From the human T2T-CHM13v2.0 reference genome, Homo sapiens: DNA of 64,000 nt. Position numbers and translations under genes: made by a program. Where the stretch lies: the NCBI RefSeq assembly GCF_009914755.1, contig NC_060932.1. One strand, 5' to 3'. The notes under the pieces are model-generated. The model was not told the DNA's origin. It saw nothing but the letters and a program-made list of their open reading frames with translations, and made no database searches. Of this stretch, positions 13,207 to 26,149 are shown piece after piece (within the stretch, counting starts at the first letter, position 1; each line of letters begins with the position of its first letter).

Positions 13207-13301
13207 GGCCGGGCGCCGTGGCTCACGCCTGTAATCCCAGCACTTTGGGAGGCCGAGGCGGACAGAGTGAGATTCCGTCTCAGACAAAAAAAAAAAAAAA
13301 A
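13207..13301 (+). mobile_element. Internally deleted Alu: first ~54 nt fused to last ~21 nt plus A tail
   Basis: ggccgggcgccgtggctcacgcctgtaatcccagcactttgggaggccgaggcg|gacagagtgagattccgtctcagac-A16. Confidence 0.95.
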
Positions 13302-14932
13302 TACATACTACACTTTATGCTGCTTACAAGTGACATTCTTAAATATGAGATAAAGAACAGCTGAAAGAAAACAAAATTCAAAAAAGACTTTCATGGCAAA
13401 CCCCAATAAAAATAAACCTAATGTAGCTATGTTATACAAATTTGAGTAGAAAAAGAAAAATATCAGAAAGAAATAGAGACATTGTATAATAAATGGGAAA
13501 TACACTAGACAGTATAATATGTTCTACACTTAGGTGCACCTGTGATATAGTATCATATTGAAGCAAAAATGGCAAAAAATTTAGAAACAGACAAAGCCAT
13601 AATGCGAGTGAAAGTTTTAACATCCTTCTTTTTGTAACCCTTAGAAAAAATAAAAATTAATAGAGAAATAGAAAATTATAATAAATTGAACAACACACCT
13701 AATTTTATTGACTTATACCTACCACTTCACCACAAAATATTACAATACAATTTGTTTTGAAATGATTATGAAAGATTTTCCAAACTGAATTTATGCTTGG
13801 CAATAAATCAAATCGCAGAAAATTTCAAAGCATTGGACTCAAATACAGTAAGCTCTTTGACAATAGGGCAAAATAAACTAGAAATCAGCAATGAAAATAT
13901 AACCAGTAAATTATTTAAAATTTAGAAATTCAGCAATAGACACCTACATAATACAGTACTTAATGAAGGAATAAAAATCAACATAGCGAGTATTTTAAAT
14001 TAAATGACAATAGTCCAACGTTATTGCTGGTATGTTGTTAAAGCTATGTTTAAGAAAATACATAGCCTTGAAGGAATACTTTACATAATTAATTAACATT
14101 TATCTAAGGATCTTAAAAATATAGTAGCTTAAATTCAAAGTCAGTAGAATGAGATAAATAATAAAAATAACAGGAAATTAATTGCATAGAAAATTGTAAA
14201 AGAGGATGATAACATAATCAAATGTAACTTCTTGAAAAAATTTAATTTAAAATGTAGGAATCAAGAAAAAACATAAAAAAGAGGAATAAATTGGTTATCA
14301 TAACATATCCTATAGCTATTCCAAAGAAAATAGATTATAAATTATATTGATATCAAAAAATTTTCAAATTTAGTTGTAGATGTATTTCTAGAACAAACAT
14401 AAATGAAGAAAGTAGACATAAGAACAACAAAAAACTGAGCAGTCCAATATCTATTAAACAGGCTGAATGAATTTTCACTCCTTTTTACGGGTCCTAAGAC
14501 TTCATTGGTGAATTCTTTTGAATACTTAAAGATGATATAACGCCACTTTTACACAAACTTCTCTAGAACATAGAAAAGGAGAAAACACTTTTCAACGTAT
14601 GTTGGGGGAGCATCCTAATCCTGCTACCCAAATCTGATAATTATATCACAGAGATGACAATTAAGGACTTTTCCTCCTAATTATAAGTATAAAAGCCAAA
14701 AACACAATATTAGCAAAACATTCCAGCCACTTACAAGACAAGAAATCAATAATACCAAGTAGGTCTAGTCACAGAACAGAAGATGTAATTAAAAGAATTA
14801 AAAGGCAGCTGAGAAATAAGAGATTACCTATAACACCTATAAGAAATAAAGAGTAAGATGTAGAGTATATCAGTACTCTTGTAATAAAATAGTAATAATA
14901 AAAGACAATCAAGGTAATAAAAATATAGACTA

Positions 14933-15485
<553 letters not shown>

Positions 15486-15660
15486 CTGGCTCTAAGAAAA
15501 CAATTGGCCAGGCGTGGTGGCATGCAACTGCAGTCCCAGGTATGCAGGAGGCTTCGGTGGGAAGATGGCTTGAGCACAGGAGGTAGACACTGCAGTGAGC
15601 TGAGATCATACACTGCACGTCAGCCTGGGCAACAGAGTGAGGCAATGTCTGAAAAAAAAA
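15486..15660 (+). mobile_element. AluJ linker and right arm, continuing 15004-15110
   Basis: tctaagaaaa..ggccaggcgtggtggc..cagtgagctgagatc..cagcctgggcaacagagtgag..A tail. Confidence 0.93.
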
Positions 15661-16390
15661 TTTTTAAAAAGGTGCTTCAAATTATTAGTCCTATGGGAAA
15701 TACATTTCAAATTAAGTTAGACAATACTACAAACTCACCAGAAATGTGAAATTTTAAAAATGATCTTGCTAATGATGGGAAGAATCAGAAACATTTGTGT
15801 AACGTGGGTGTGTAAATTGGTAAAGCTATGTGGGGAAATTTTTGACAGGGTCTCCATATTCTGAACATGTCTATGTCTGATGACAACAATTCCACTTAAA
15901 AATATCCGAAAGAAATGTGTATGTGCTTGCACCAAGACGTGTTTACATGATTGTTCATAGTAATTTCATTCATAATAATTGCAAACTAGAAACCCCTCTG
16001 TTCATCATCATTATACCAGAAAACATAAATTGTAGTACATCCATGCAAAAATGTACTAATTCTCACCTTTTTTCACATCTCAACATCGAATATAATATTG
16101 GTAGAAGAAGCCAGAATTTAAAAAAAAACATAAAAGCAGAAAACAAAAAACATTCCAAATGAATCTATGATGTTAGAAGTCAACAACATGGTTACGCTTT
16201 GGGGAGGGTGATGTAGTAATGACAGGGAGGAGGTGTAATCGGTGCTGTACAGTAATGATCGACTCATAATTTATTTCACAGTCTGGGCATTGGTCCCATG
16301 GGTGTGTTTATTTCATAGAAATTCATCAAGATGCACACATAATTTATGAACTTTTCTCTATATACTGTGCTTCCACAGAAGTACATATTT

Positions 16391-16421
<31 letters not shown>

Positions 16422-16429
16422 ATACACAC
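16391..16429. repeat. (CA)n microsatellite
   Basis: Visible CA run. Confidence 0.95.
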
Positions 16430-16688
16430 CCTTATATATTTAATTACATGACATTAACAGAAGATCACATACACTGAGCAGGTAGGGGCCAAAAAGCTTT
16501 TGGTTTGTTCCTTTCATATACACAATGTAACAGTCTCTTAGCAGACTGTCTGCAAAACATTTTTTTTTCATTCTGTACATGAATCAAGCAGTCTTCCTTC
16601 TTCTAAGTACCTCCTTTGTTATTTTAAGGTATGATTTATGAGTACAAACGGTGCTATATTGTTGACGCAAACATAAGACTTTAAAACA

Positions 16689-16842
16689 GACCAGGTGCAG
16701 TGGCTCATGCCTGCAATCCCAGCACTTTGGGAGCCCAAGGTGGGAGGATCACTTGAGGCCAGGAGTTAAAGATCAGCTTCGGCAACATATCAAGAGCTCA
16801 TCTCTGGAACAAAATGAAACAAAACAACAAAACAAAACACCA
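16689..16842 (+). mobile_element. Free left Alu monomer (FLAM_C-like) with CAAAA-type tail
   Basis: Left-arm sequence followed directly by the tail. Degenerate TSD aagactttaaaaca (16675-16688) / aaaactttacaata (16843-16856). Confidence 0.9.
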
Positions 16843-18045
16843 AAAACTTTACAATAAATACATTACATGTAACCATAACTGACATAGTTTGATGATTGCA
16901 AATTACTAAACTGTTTCTTAAATGGGCTATAATTTTGAGTAATATTAGACTATATTTTGAGCAAATACATGTATATGAATATATACAACTCTATATGCAT
17001 ATACATGCAATTACCAAATACAATTTTTTTTTGTTTTGTGGGAAAAAAAATAACAAGTCAGTTATGTGTTTTTTCCCACTGTGTTTTCTTCCCCCATAGT
17101 TTTAGAAAATTAGGGGAAGTCTCATCCTGAAAAGAGCTGGATGTTTGATTGTTTAACTTTCTTCTACAATTATTAGATTTCTTAAAAACCATGAACACAA
17201 AAAATTTTCATGTCACAGATGGTTTACTTTAAAGAAACAAAAGACCGATGAAGCTGGTAAATGCCTAAGCCTGAAAATACGATTTAGAAATGCAGGTTGT
17301 TAAACCATATAGAGACCTATGGCTGCTGCATGTGTTTTTGATTTCCCTGTTAACTGTATAGGCCCTCACCTTCTCCTATGTGTCATGAAAATAATTTCTA
17401 GTTTAACTATTAAAAGCAATCTGGTGTTGTCAACCTACGTTGTTTTAAATACTCAGGGACCACAGGAAATAAGAGAATAAAGCATTTTGTTTTTAATACA
17501 CATCCATGCATCTTAGGTAATTGAGCTTTATACACCTTGATGTTGGTAAACTTTCTGTGTTGAGTTGAATCTCATAATTGATGTCTAGCCTGTGTTTCTT
17601 TATTTTTAAAAGCTTAGCTAATGTGTGTAAGATGGTAAAGGGAACAAGAAATATACTCAAAAATCCTACTAATGTGGAACGAGAGAAATAAGTATATTGG
17701 TGCCTGCTCACACATAGCAAACCTGTTACATAGTGTAATTTACCTTTTTAGTCTGATTAAGTGTGTATCGTTATTCCTGTGCAAAGAGAACAGTGGTACC
17801 TAGAAATATTATATATATTTCCTAAGATTAGAAAACTAATAAGCTGTAAAAGAGAGTATCAAATCCAATTTTATTTACAGGCCATATTTTCTACTATACC
17901 CCATTGCCTTTGAAGTTATTGAGTGATTGATTCACCAATGCACTGAATGAATTAAATAAAAGTGAATGAATTAATAAACTACTATTGAGTAAGAACATAA
18001 TGGCTGGAAACTTTTGACACTTGGTGACATTTTCAGCCATAATAT

Positions 18046-18513
18046 TGATACAGGGCAGGTGAGCCCCAAAACTGGGGCTTAACCTGGGAGGGTTCTTGGT
18101 TTTTCCTGGGAAAGAATTCCAGGGCAAGTTGGTAGCATTAAACAATGAGTTTTACTGAGGCAGCAGTGCACAGAAGCAGTAGAGGAGGGCTATCCCGTAG
18201 GCAGTGTGCCCAGATTAGCAGCTCAGAGGCTGTTCCGCAGTCATATTTATATGCACTTTTAATTATACGCAAATTAAGGGGCAGTTTATTCAACAATTTC
18301 TAGGAAAATAGTGGTGACTTCTGGTTGTCAGGTAATTGCCATGGAAAAGGGCAGTAACTTCTGCGTGTTGCTGTGCAATGGTAAACTGACATGACACACT
18401 GCTGGACATGTTTTATGGAAAGCTACTTCCGCCATAGGCTCTGCTTAGCCAGTCTTCAATTTGGTCCAGTGTCTAAGCCCCACCTCTGGAATCCAGTCCC
18501 ACCTCCTATCTCA
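18046..18513 (-). mobile_element. ERV1 (MER4-group, MER66-like) solo LTR
   Basis: TG...CA termini with perfect 4-bp TSD ATAT (18042-18045, 18514-18517), the TSD length typical of ERV1. The minus strand begins tgagataggaggtgggactggattccagagg. Confidence 0.85.
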
Positions 18514-19263
18514 ATATGATATGTTTAAACATGTTTGCATTCTTATCATTTTATTTCTGCTATATGTTAGACATATCTTACGCTTTTATATTGCAGCCTG
18601 CAAAAATTCAGGACAAAGTGAAGTGTCTATCTCTGACACAGCTGAGAACTCTGTGGTCACTAAGGCCAATTACTCCAGAGGAGGAAGGAGTAATCACCTC
18701 AAGTTCAAATGCTAAGAACATGTAGATCAACCAAAATAATTGCTTCCTGGCCAGTTAATGTTTCAAGGAAAGATTAAAGGAAGAAAGTTCTTGCCCAGAT
18801 TTATTTCTTAACAGTCAAAGCAAGAGTTTGCAAGAAATAATTGACTGTTTCATGGAAATCACATTCACATATCTTTAATACAGAGAAAAACAGAACTATA
18901 TTGTTGCTTGTTTTCACGAATACACAATTTGACAGTTTCTCTACCATAGAATTATGAGAACTAGAGCGTTCATAAATAATAACATGAAGCAGTCTATTAC
19001 TAAGTGTGATATGTAGGTGGAGCTTGGCCTCTTAAAACACTGAAAAGACAAATGTAAATCAGTACTGACAGAGCAATCTAAGAAAATTCCATTTAAGTAT
19101 GTTTTTGTTGTTTGCAAATGAAAACTATCCAACACTTCCACTTATCAAAAATCTTGTCCAGTTCAACGTATTTTCACTAATATGTAAAACAATAAAAAAT
19201 TGCAATGAGGAAGATTGGGGGTGCTGACTTTTGTACGAATAATTATTTTTCTGTTGTTTTAAG

Positions 19264-19266
19264 GAG
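19264..19266 (+). other. Candidate 3-nt microexon (GAG) or recursive splice point
   Basis: Branch-like tgctgac (19222-19228), AG-free T-rich tract, then ttttaag|GAG|gtaagt. No transcript evidence available. Confidence 0.3.
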
Positions 19267-20819
19267 GTAAGTATCATTATATGCCATTTTAATGTTAACT
19301 CTGTATATATATATGTTCAGTCTTACTATAAGTAAAAGTCTATGTTAAACCTTACTGTGAACTTCAAGATGTGTATAAAACAACTCATGTCTTTGATATC
19401 AGCGTACTATAGAATATGTGTGTGCGTGCATTTACATGCATAAATAAGAGATGATAAAGGATATTACATTATTGTGATTTGCAACTCAGGAAAAATGTAG
19501 AAACCATAAAGTAAGATGCATTACAAATTGATTTCAAAACTACCCTTAAGTTAATGCTGACCCACAACTGCATGGTTGCTGAAACTAAATATTTTAAAGT
19601 GTTAGTTGCTAATTGAGAATTTTGCCTTAATCACATTTTCTAGGTTAATATATTCAGAACAAAATAGATAGTAACTACAAATCTTTAGCCAGTTTACACT
19701 GCCTCCACTCCCAAGTCATGATATATGCTGATACAAATTATATGAATTAGGGTTTTGTTGTGAGAATGATACATTAAAAGCAACTCCAGAATATTTTCCA
19801 TGGCCGCAGCACAAACACGTACTTCTCATTCACAAGCGTGTGGTTTAGCTAGACATGCTGAGCCCGAGTTCCCATTTGCTTTGTGTGTCTGTCATCCTGA
19901 GACACAGGCTGGAAGTGATGACAACATGGGGTCTGCTCTTCTGATTGGGAATGGCAGATGTGCAGTCAGGCTGGGAGCAACCCATTTTGCTATTAGAAGC
20001 CTCAGCTCAGAACCTGTATGCACTCACTGCCGCCCCCAGCACACTGACCCCAAAAATCTCATGGCAGAGTCCTTTCTCAATAGCATAAGGAAATGTTCTC
20101 AACCCATAGGGAGACAAGTCCCAGGAATGGAGGGATGAACAAAGTGTAAGCAAATCATGCTTATCACACCACACACCAGTTCACATCCATCATTCAGTAG
20201 AGACCAGTCTGCAAAGATGGCATTAATAACTCTTGAATAACCATTCGGCATATCAAAACACAGTGGAAACTATTCGACATTTAAAACCTGGGCATCTGTT
20301 AGAAATATCAGAATAATTCAGAAGTTAAACCTGTGCCCTCCACCCTTTTTATTCCTGCTTGACCTTTTTAAGTATATTTACCCTTATCACCTGGAGACGT
20401 GGCCTCAAAGGTGAAAAAAGCAGCAACCCCGACAGAGATAAGGATTTCACGTATTTAATGTCCTCTAAGCAGATATCCTGTCATTGATAATTGGAGAACA
20501 CATCGTCAGGGGTGTTATCTCCATTATTTCTGGAAGAAACACTTCAGATGCAGTCTAAAGAAATTATAGAAAAAAAAAAACGTCAGAAGGAAACTCCAGT
20601 CTTCTCTAGCAGAGAACAGCTAGGACAGGAGAGGATTCTCTCTCCTCGTTCCTAGGAAAAAAGATCTGGAGACTAAATAATTATGCTTCCCTCTAATAAG
20701 TTTTCTAACTCATTGTAGGACATTTACCCATTAAACATACCTCTGAACATAAGGGAAACTTTAGAACAGAAGCTAGAAAATAACTTAGATATAATTGACT
20801 TCAATTCACTGTTTTATTC

Positions 20820-20975
20820 TACAGGACACTTAATTAAATTAGAATTCCACATTTTAAAAAATTGTGTAAGTGTATCCCATGCAATATCTGGGATATACTT
20901 ATACTAATAAAAGTGTATACGGTTTATCTGAAATTCCAATTTAACTGGTCACCTCTGCTCTATCTGGAAGCCCTA
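20820..20975. mobile_element. MER53 hAT-type palindromic DNA transposon
   Basis: tacaggacac..ttaaattagaatt..tcccatgcaatatctgggatatacttatactaa..tttatctgaaattccaatttaactgg..tatctggaagcccta. Confidence 0.85.
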
Positions 20976-21386
20976 CCAGGCCACTTCTTCAGGTTTTAAA
21001 ATGTTAGTTTTGGGAATTTCTAGATTGTCCTATTATTTAAATTAATTCCTAAAAACACATATGTAAAATTGTTAAACACATACTTAAGGTAATCTAGGGA
21101 ATGAATAATTTCAGAATTCTATGGATATTTTGACTCCAAGTCAAGCCTCAAAAACATCTCCTAAGAATGGGCAAACTGTCAAAAAAATCACTAAACTATG
21201 CCTGACTTCAACTTTCAAATTTAATTGATTAAATAGCTTTATATATGCATCATTCTGAGTCAAAACTGGAGGTTAATAATTATGTTTGCATTTCATAACC
21301 ACACACACATTTATTTTTTACAAGAACCTCAATCTCAGTATTTCCACAGCGTTAATTTTCACATAGAGTTAAAAACACCTGGAATA

Positions 21387-22213
21387 CTTCTGGTTTCAGA
21401 TCCTTGAGGAATCGCCACACTGTCTTCCACAATGGTTGAACTAATTTACACACCCACCAACAGTGTAATAGCATTCCTATTTCTCCACAGCCTCTCCAGC
21501 ATGTGTTGTTTCTTGACTTCTTAATAATCGCCATTCTGACTGGCATGAGATCATATCTGGTTGTGGTTTTGATTTGCATTTCTCTCAGGACCAGTGATGA
21601 TGAGCTTTTTTTCATATGCTTGTTGGCCACATAAATGTCTTCTTTTGACAAGTGTGTTTTCATATCCTTTGGTGACCCAGCAATCCCATTACTGGGTATA
21701 TACCAAAAGGACTATGAATAATTCCACTGTAAAGACACATCCACACATATGTTTATTGCAGCACTATTTATAATAGCAAAGACTTGGAACCAACCCAAAT
21801 GCCCATCAATGATAGACTGGATAAAGAAAATGTGGCACATGTACACCATGGAATATTATGCAGCCGTAAAAAAATGAGTTCATGTCCTCTGCAGGGACAT
21901 GGATGAAGGTAGAAACCATCATTCTCAGAAAAATAACACAGGAACAGAAAACCAAACACCACATGTTCTCATTCATAAGTGGGAGTTGAACAATGAGAAC
22001 ACATGGACACAAGGGGAACATCACACACAGGGGCCCGTCAGGGGGTGGGGGACAAGGGGAGGGAAAGCATTAGGACAAATATGTAATGCATGAGGGGCTT
22101 AAAACCTAGATGACAGGTTGATGGGTGCAGCAAACCACCATGACCCATGTATACCTATGTAACAAACCTGCACGTTCTGCACATCTATCCCAGAACTTAA
22201 AGTATATATATAT
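21387..22213. mobile_element. L1PA (about L1PA7-8) with 5' inversion: 21387-21671 minus, 21672-22213 plus
   Basis: The minus part translates to L1 ORF2 C-terminal [24 protein letters not shown]. The plus part runs to gaacttaaagta and the tail. TSD aaaacacctggaata (21372-21386) / aaaacacctggagta (22214-22228) at a TT|AAAA site. Confidence 0.97.
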
Positions 22214-23056
22214 AAAACACCTGGAGTAAAATCAAAGTAATAACCACCTTTATACATACATACACACACACACATGCACACACCCCTACATATAAAATCT
22301 TTTTATGAGAATTGGAAAAGTACGTAACAGTTATATTAATTTCCTGTCAAGCTAAGGGTTAACTAGAAAATTGATTTTGTCTCAAATCTTGGTTGAATGC
22401 ATTTATGAAATAAACCAGTATTGGTGGAACTAATATAAGCTTATTTAACATTATTTCTAATATATTTGTCATTTATTTTTCTTGAACTCCTCAACCACAT
22501 GCAGAATCTCAGAAATTCAGTGGTTCAGCTGTGCCACTTCCTGCTCCTGGAGACCGCCGGGCACTATCTTTAGAAGTGAAGTATTTCCTACAGGCACCAG
22601 CTCATCAAGCAGGGAGCACTTAGAAAGCTGTTTGTGCAGCTCAAGTGTCTTGCTTCATCACGACTTCGTATTGTAATTAGACTCACAAAAGATAATTTAA
22701 AAAAATATCGAGTTGCTGATTTGAATGGGGCATTAAAAATATAGGTATGGAAAAATGGCATAACAGTAGATAAATACATGAGAAAAATAGAAAAAAAAAT
22801 TGTCTTATCTTTGCAGGTCCAGCACCTAGTGAAAGCCTGCAGCAGTAAATGTTTTAAATAAATAAAAATAAACAAATGGCATAAGCAAAGGGAACTGTTT
22901 TGGAAGGAAGCTGATTAATATTTAATGACAACTTATTACATGTCGGTTGTTTTTGATTTTATCTATTTTTATTTAAAACACAATGTCAATCTTTTTTCCT
23001 TTTAATTTAAAACTAGGAAGCTAAAACGTAAGGAAAGAAAGCACCCAGAAAGACAA

Positions 23057-23090
23057 ACACACACACGCGCACACACACACATACACACAC
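23057..23090. repeat. (CA)n with CG/TA interruptions
   Basis: Visible run. Confidence 0.9.
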
Positions 23091-23300
23091 AATTCATTTT
23101 AAAAATCACAAACTAGAAAGTGGTGTAGATTTTTCATCCAAATCTGTCTGATATGAGAGGCTATGTTTTTTCAACTATACTCCACTGTTTCATCATCCTA
23201 TAGAAAAGACATTTTAAAAATTAATTTTTTAAACTTTCAAAACTTCTGTTTTATGATATCCTTCGTAATCCATAGTCCATAAACTATGAACACGTCAACT

Positions 23301-23586
23301 GTTTGTTTCTGAGTCCAAGTTTTGCTCTGTTACCCAGACTGGAGTGCAGTGGTACAATTTCAGCAACCTCCGACCCCCCAGATTCAAGCGATTCTCCTGC
23401 CTCAGCCTCCCGAGTAGCTGAGATTACAGACACGGGCCACCATGCCTGGCTAATTTTTGTATTTTTAGTAGAGACGGGGTTTCACCATGTTGGCCAGAGT
23501 GGTCTTGAACTCCTGGCTTCAAGTGATCCACCCACCTCCACCTCCCAAGGTGCTGGAATTACAGGTGCGAGCCACCATGCCTGGCC
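23301..23586 (-). mobile_element. AluS
   Basis: Full two-arm antisense Alu (gattctcctgcctcagcctcccgagtagctg; tttttagtagagacggggtttcaccatgttggcc). Confidence 0.97.
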
Positions 23587-25189
23587 TCAAGTTATTAATA
23601 AAACAAAATGTTATGTATTTATCAAATGTTTGGAGTTCTTACCCTAGGACTATATATTCGTGTTGGTTCACACATCCCTACTGTACCAACTCCATGTTAC
23701 TTCAGTTTATTTTGAAACTTCTAATTACAAATACATATATAAATGGAGGGACTGATTCATTCCAAGTACTAGGAGGTAAGCAAATGTGTGTCCTGCACAG
23801 AAAATAAATGAGAGGCTGAATTCTAAAATTATTGACTTCTAAGTACAAAATTCTAAAACTGTTGATTTCTAAACAGTAAGAGATATAAAATATCTTGCGG
23901 GCCACAAAAAAACTATACTTCTATTGTGGCAGGCAGGGAGGAATAGAGCTGTGAGTGGTGGCTCTTAAGCAATTAGCTGAAACCTTACCTTTATGTGAAC
24001 ACTTCTAATATGATTGAGATAAAAGTTTCATCTACAAAAGTAACTTTCACTCTGTACAGCACAAGTCCATGGCTTAACCAGTTCAGAGAAAATGGTAAAA
24101 TGCCTGAAAAATTTATAAGATCAAAATATTAGGGAGTAGGGGCTGCTTTTAGGCAAAATCTGAAGTTATGAATTTAGGGAAAGTTTCAGTTTCAGATTGG
24201 TAAAGATGATCCACATCAAATATTTTAATGCCGTTTTGCATAAACAAAGCGACTGAATTATCAAATTATAAAGCATGCCTCTGTAAACTTAGAACCTACC
24301 GATGTCTTGTTCATTCTTTTGTGTATTACTTGGGTTAAGCCACTTCCTAATCTTACCTTCCTATTTGAAAACTAGGCAATTAGTTCAGGTGACCTTAAAA
24401 GTTTTTTGCAATATTCAACTTTTTATATTTAATACGAGGGCAGAAAATTGTCAGAAAAGCAAAGTGAGAATGTGCAATGGCTGTGTAAATGTCGGAAATT
24501 CAAAGAGCTAAAACAGGCAATCTGGAATGCCAGTTTGTCTTGTCGGAAATTTAGAAATTTTAGTAGCAGAAAAAAAAAAAAAACAACAAAAAAAACCAGG
24601 ATAGAGAAAGTTATTACAACAATTCCAGATACACAGACTAGCAGAGAGAATGGATGAATGTAGTACGACATCCTGTGGTAATTACGATTTTAACGGTATT
24701 AACATAAGAAATGCATCTGACAGTGAAGGAATCATTGGAAGAGACATTCATATATGCTCATGCTAAAATCAAGATGAGAAACTACTTAATTGGAAAAGAG
24801 CTAGAAACAGTTTAAGATGCAAGAAACTACAAAAATAAATAAATAAATCCTGAAGCAATTAGAGAAGGCGTGCATGCCCACTCCCCACCTAGACTGGTGA
24901 ATTTATTGTTCCATCCACTTAAATATTTGAGCCATTTGGGGTAAGATTCTATGGAGCTAGTTAAAGCATATGGTTATGGGGCATATTGAGATTTATACAT
25001 ACTTACTAGCCTTCAAAGGAGCCAACTCTAACTGGAGAGATAAGATAGGTGCAGAATTAATGTAATAAAAATAAATACTACTAGAGATGTCATGGGACCT
25101 TTTTGCATTGATTTATCGAACGTCATGCTAAGTGCTTACGCTGCCCTTTGGAGGGAGAGGATGTGGTTTGTGTGCAGAGAGTGGTAGCA

Positions 25190-25645
25190 GCCTTGTTAAG
25201 TGGACAATATCATCAGTCTGCACAATAGCCTCATTGGCTCAGGGTGTGTCTTACTCACAGTGACCAGCATCTGTGTCTTTGCTGGAATCCGAGCCCATAG
25301 TGCTGGAGCTCACTTTGCTGTACACAAAGGGGAATGGGAGGTGCCTGGGAATTTTTGCTCTCTAGAGTAACCTCTACCCAATGATTGACAGATGCCAAGA
25401 GATAAATATTCCATTTTCCTTTTCAATGATTCAAATTGTCACCAGATTTCCTCGCCAGGATTTAGTCCAGGCTATCTTCTGTTGACTTCCGGTGAGAGCA
25501 CACCCATGTCTGGCCAGCACTCTTTTTCTGGCTCACTTCTTCATTTCCCTACTGTTTTAATTCCTCCCTGGGAATTCTTCACAATCGTTCACTTTCACAG
25601 AAATCTTGTTTCAGGGTTTGCTTCTGGGGACTCCAAGCAGTGATA
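25190..25645 (+). mobile_element. LTR16-family ERVL LTR
   Basis: ccaatgattgacagatg..gataaata and 3' end aaatcttgtttcagggtttgcttctggggactccaagc. Confidence 0.6.
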
Positions 25646-25689
25646 CTTTTCCAAAGTCCAAGTCCTTCTTTATATGAGGGGAGGGTAGA

Positions 25690-26114
25690 AATATGCTGAA
25701 CTGTAAAACCAAACTTCACAGCTTCTTATTAGGTGGAAGTGGCCCTGGGACATGGTTCCAATGAATGGTATATCAGAGGAAACCTATTGGATATTGGAGA
25801 AGAAGGTTTACTTCCTAGTGCAGTGATTCTCTCCAAAGCATCATTCTTTCTCCTACCTGGAGTATATGCAGGGAGCTGGAGGCAGGACAGCCCAGAGGTG
25901 ACCATGAAGACCAAGGGAAGCCCTGAAAACGCCAGAGCAGAGGAGAAAAGGTGCACGTTCGATGGTGAGTGTCACCAGAGACATTGGAGGGCCACAGCCT
26001 CAGAGCTGGACTACCTGCTTCCACGGGTGTTATAAGGTTATGCAAATAAAGCACTGTGTTTAAGCTGTGGACAGCTCTGTTCCCGTGCAACTGAGTTCAA
26101 TCTCTAATTGATAC
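25690..26114 (+). mobile_element. MLT1I/J/K-type MaLR LTR
   Basis: gaccatgaag..ggactacct..aaataaa..gtttaagc..ctctgtt..ctaattgataca. Confidence 0.6.
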
Positions 26115-26149
26115 AGTGGAAACAGAAGACAAATAATCTGCCCCACACT

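Noticed and set aside
20820-20975. Long imperfect hairpin suggestive of a pre-miRNA
   Set aside because: Fully explained by the palindromic MER53 element, and the arms have diverged. No small-RNA evidence is available.
21352-21663. 103-aa ORF with a Cys-rich motif
   Set aside because: It is an L1 ORF2p C-terminal fragment from the inverted part of a truncated L1PA, not a gene.
23983-24040. Minus-strand 43-nt exon candidate (cttttgtag|ATG..AAG|gtaagg, 24031-23989)
   Set aside because: The pyrimidine tract is short with nearby AGs, there are stops in all three frames, and I found no partner exons.
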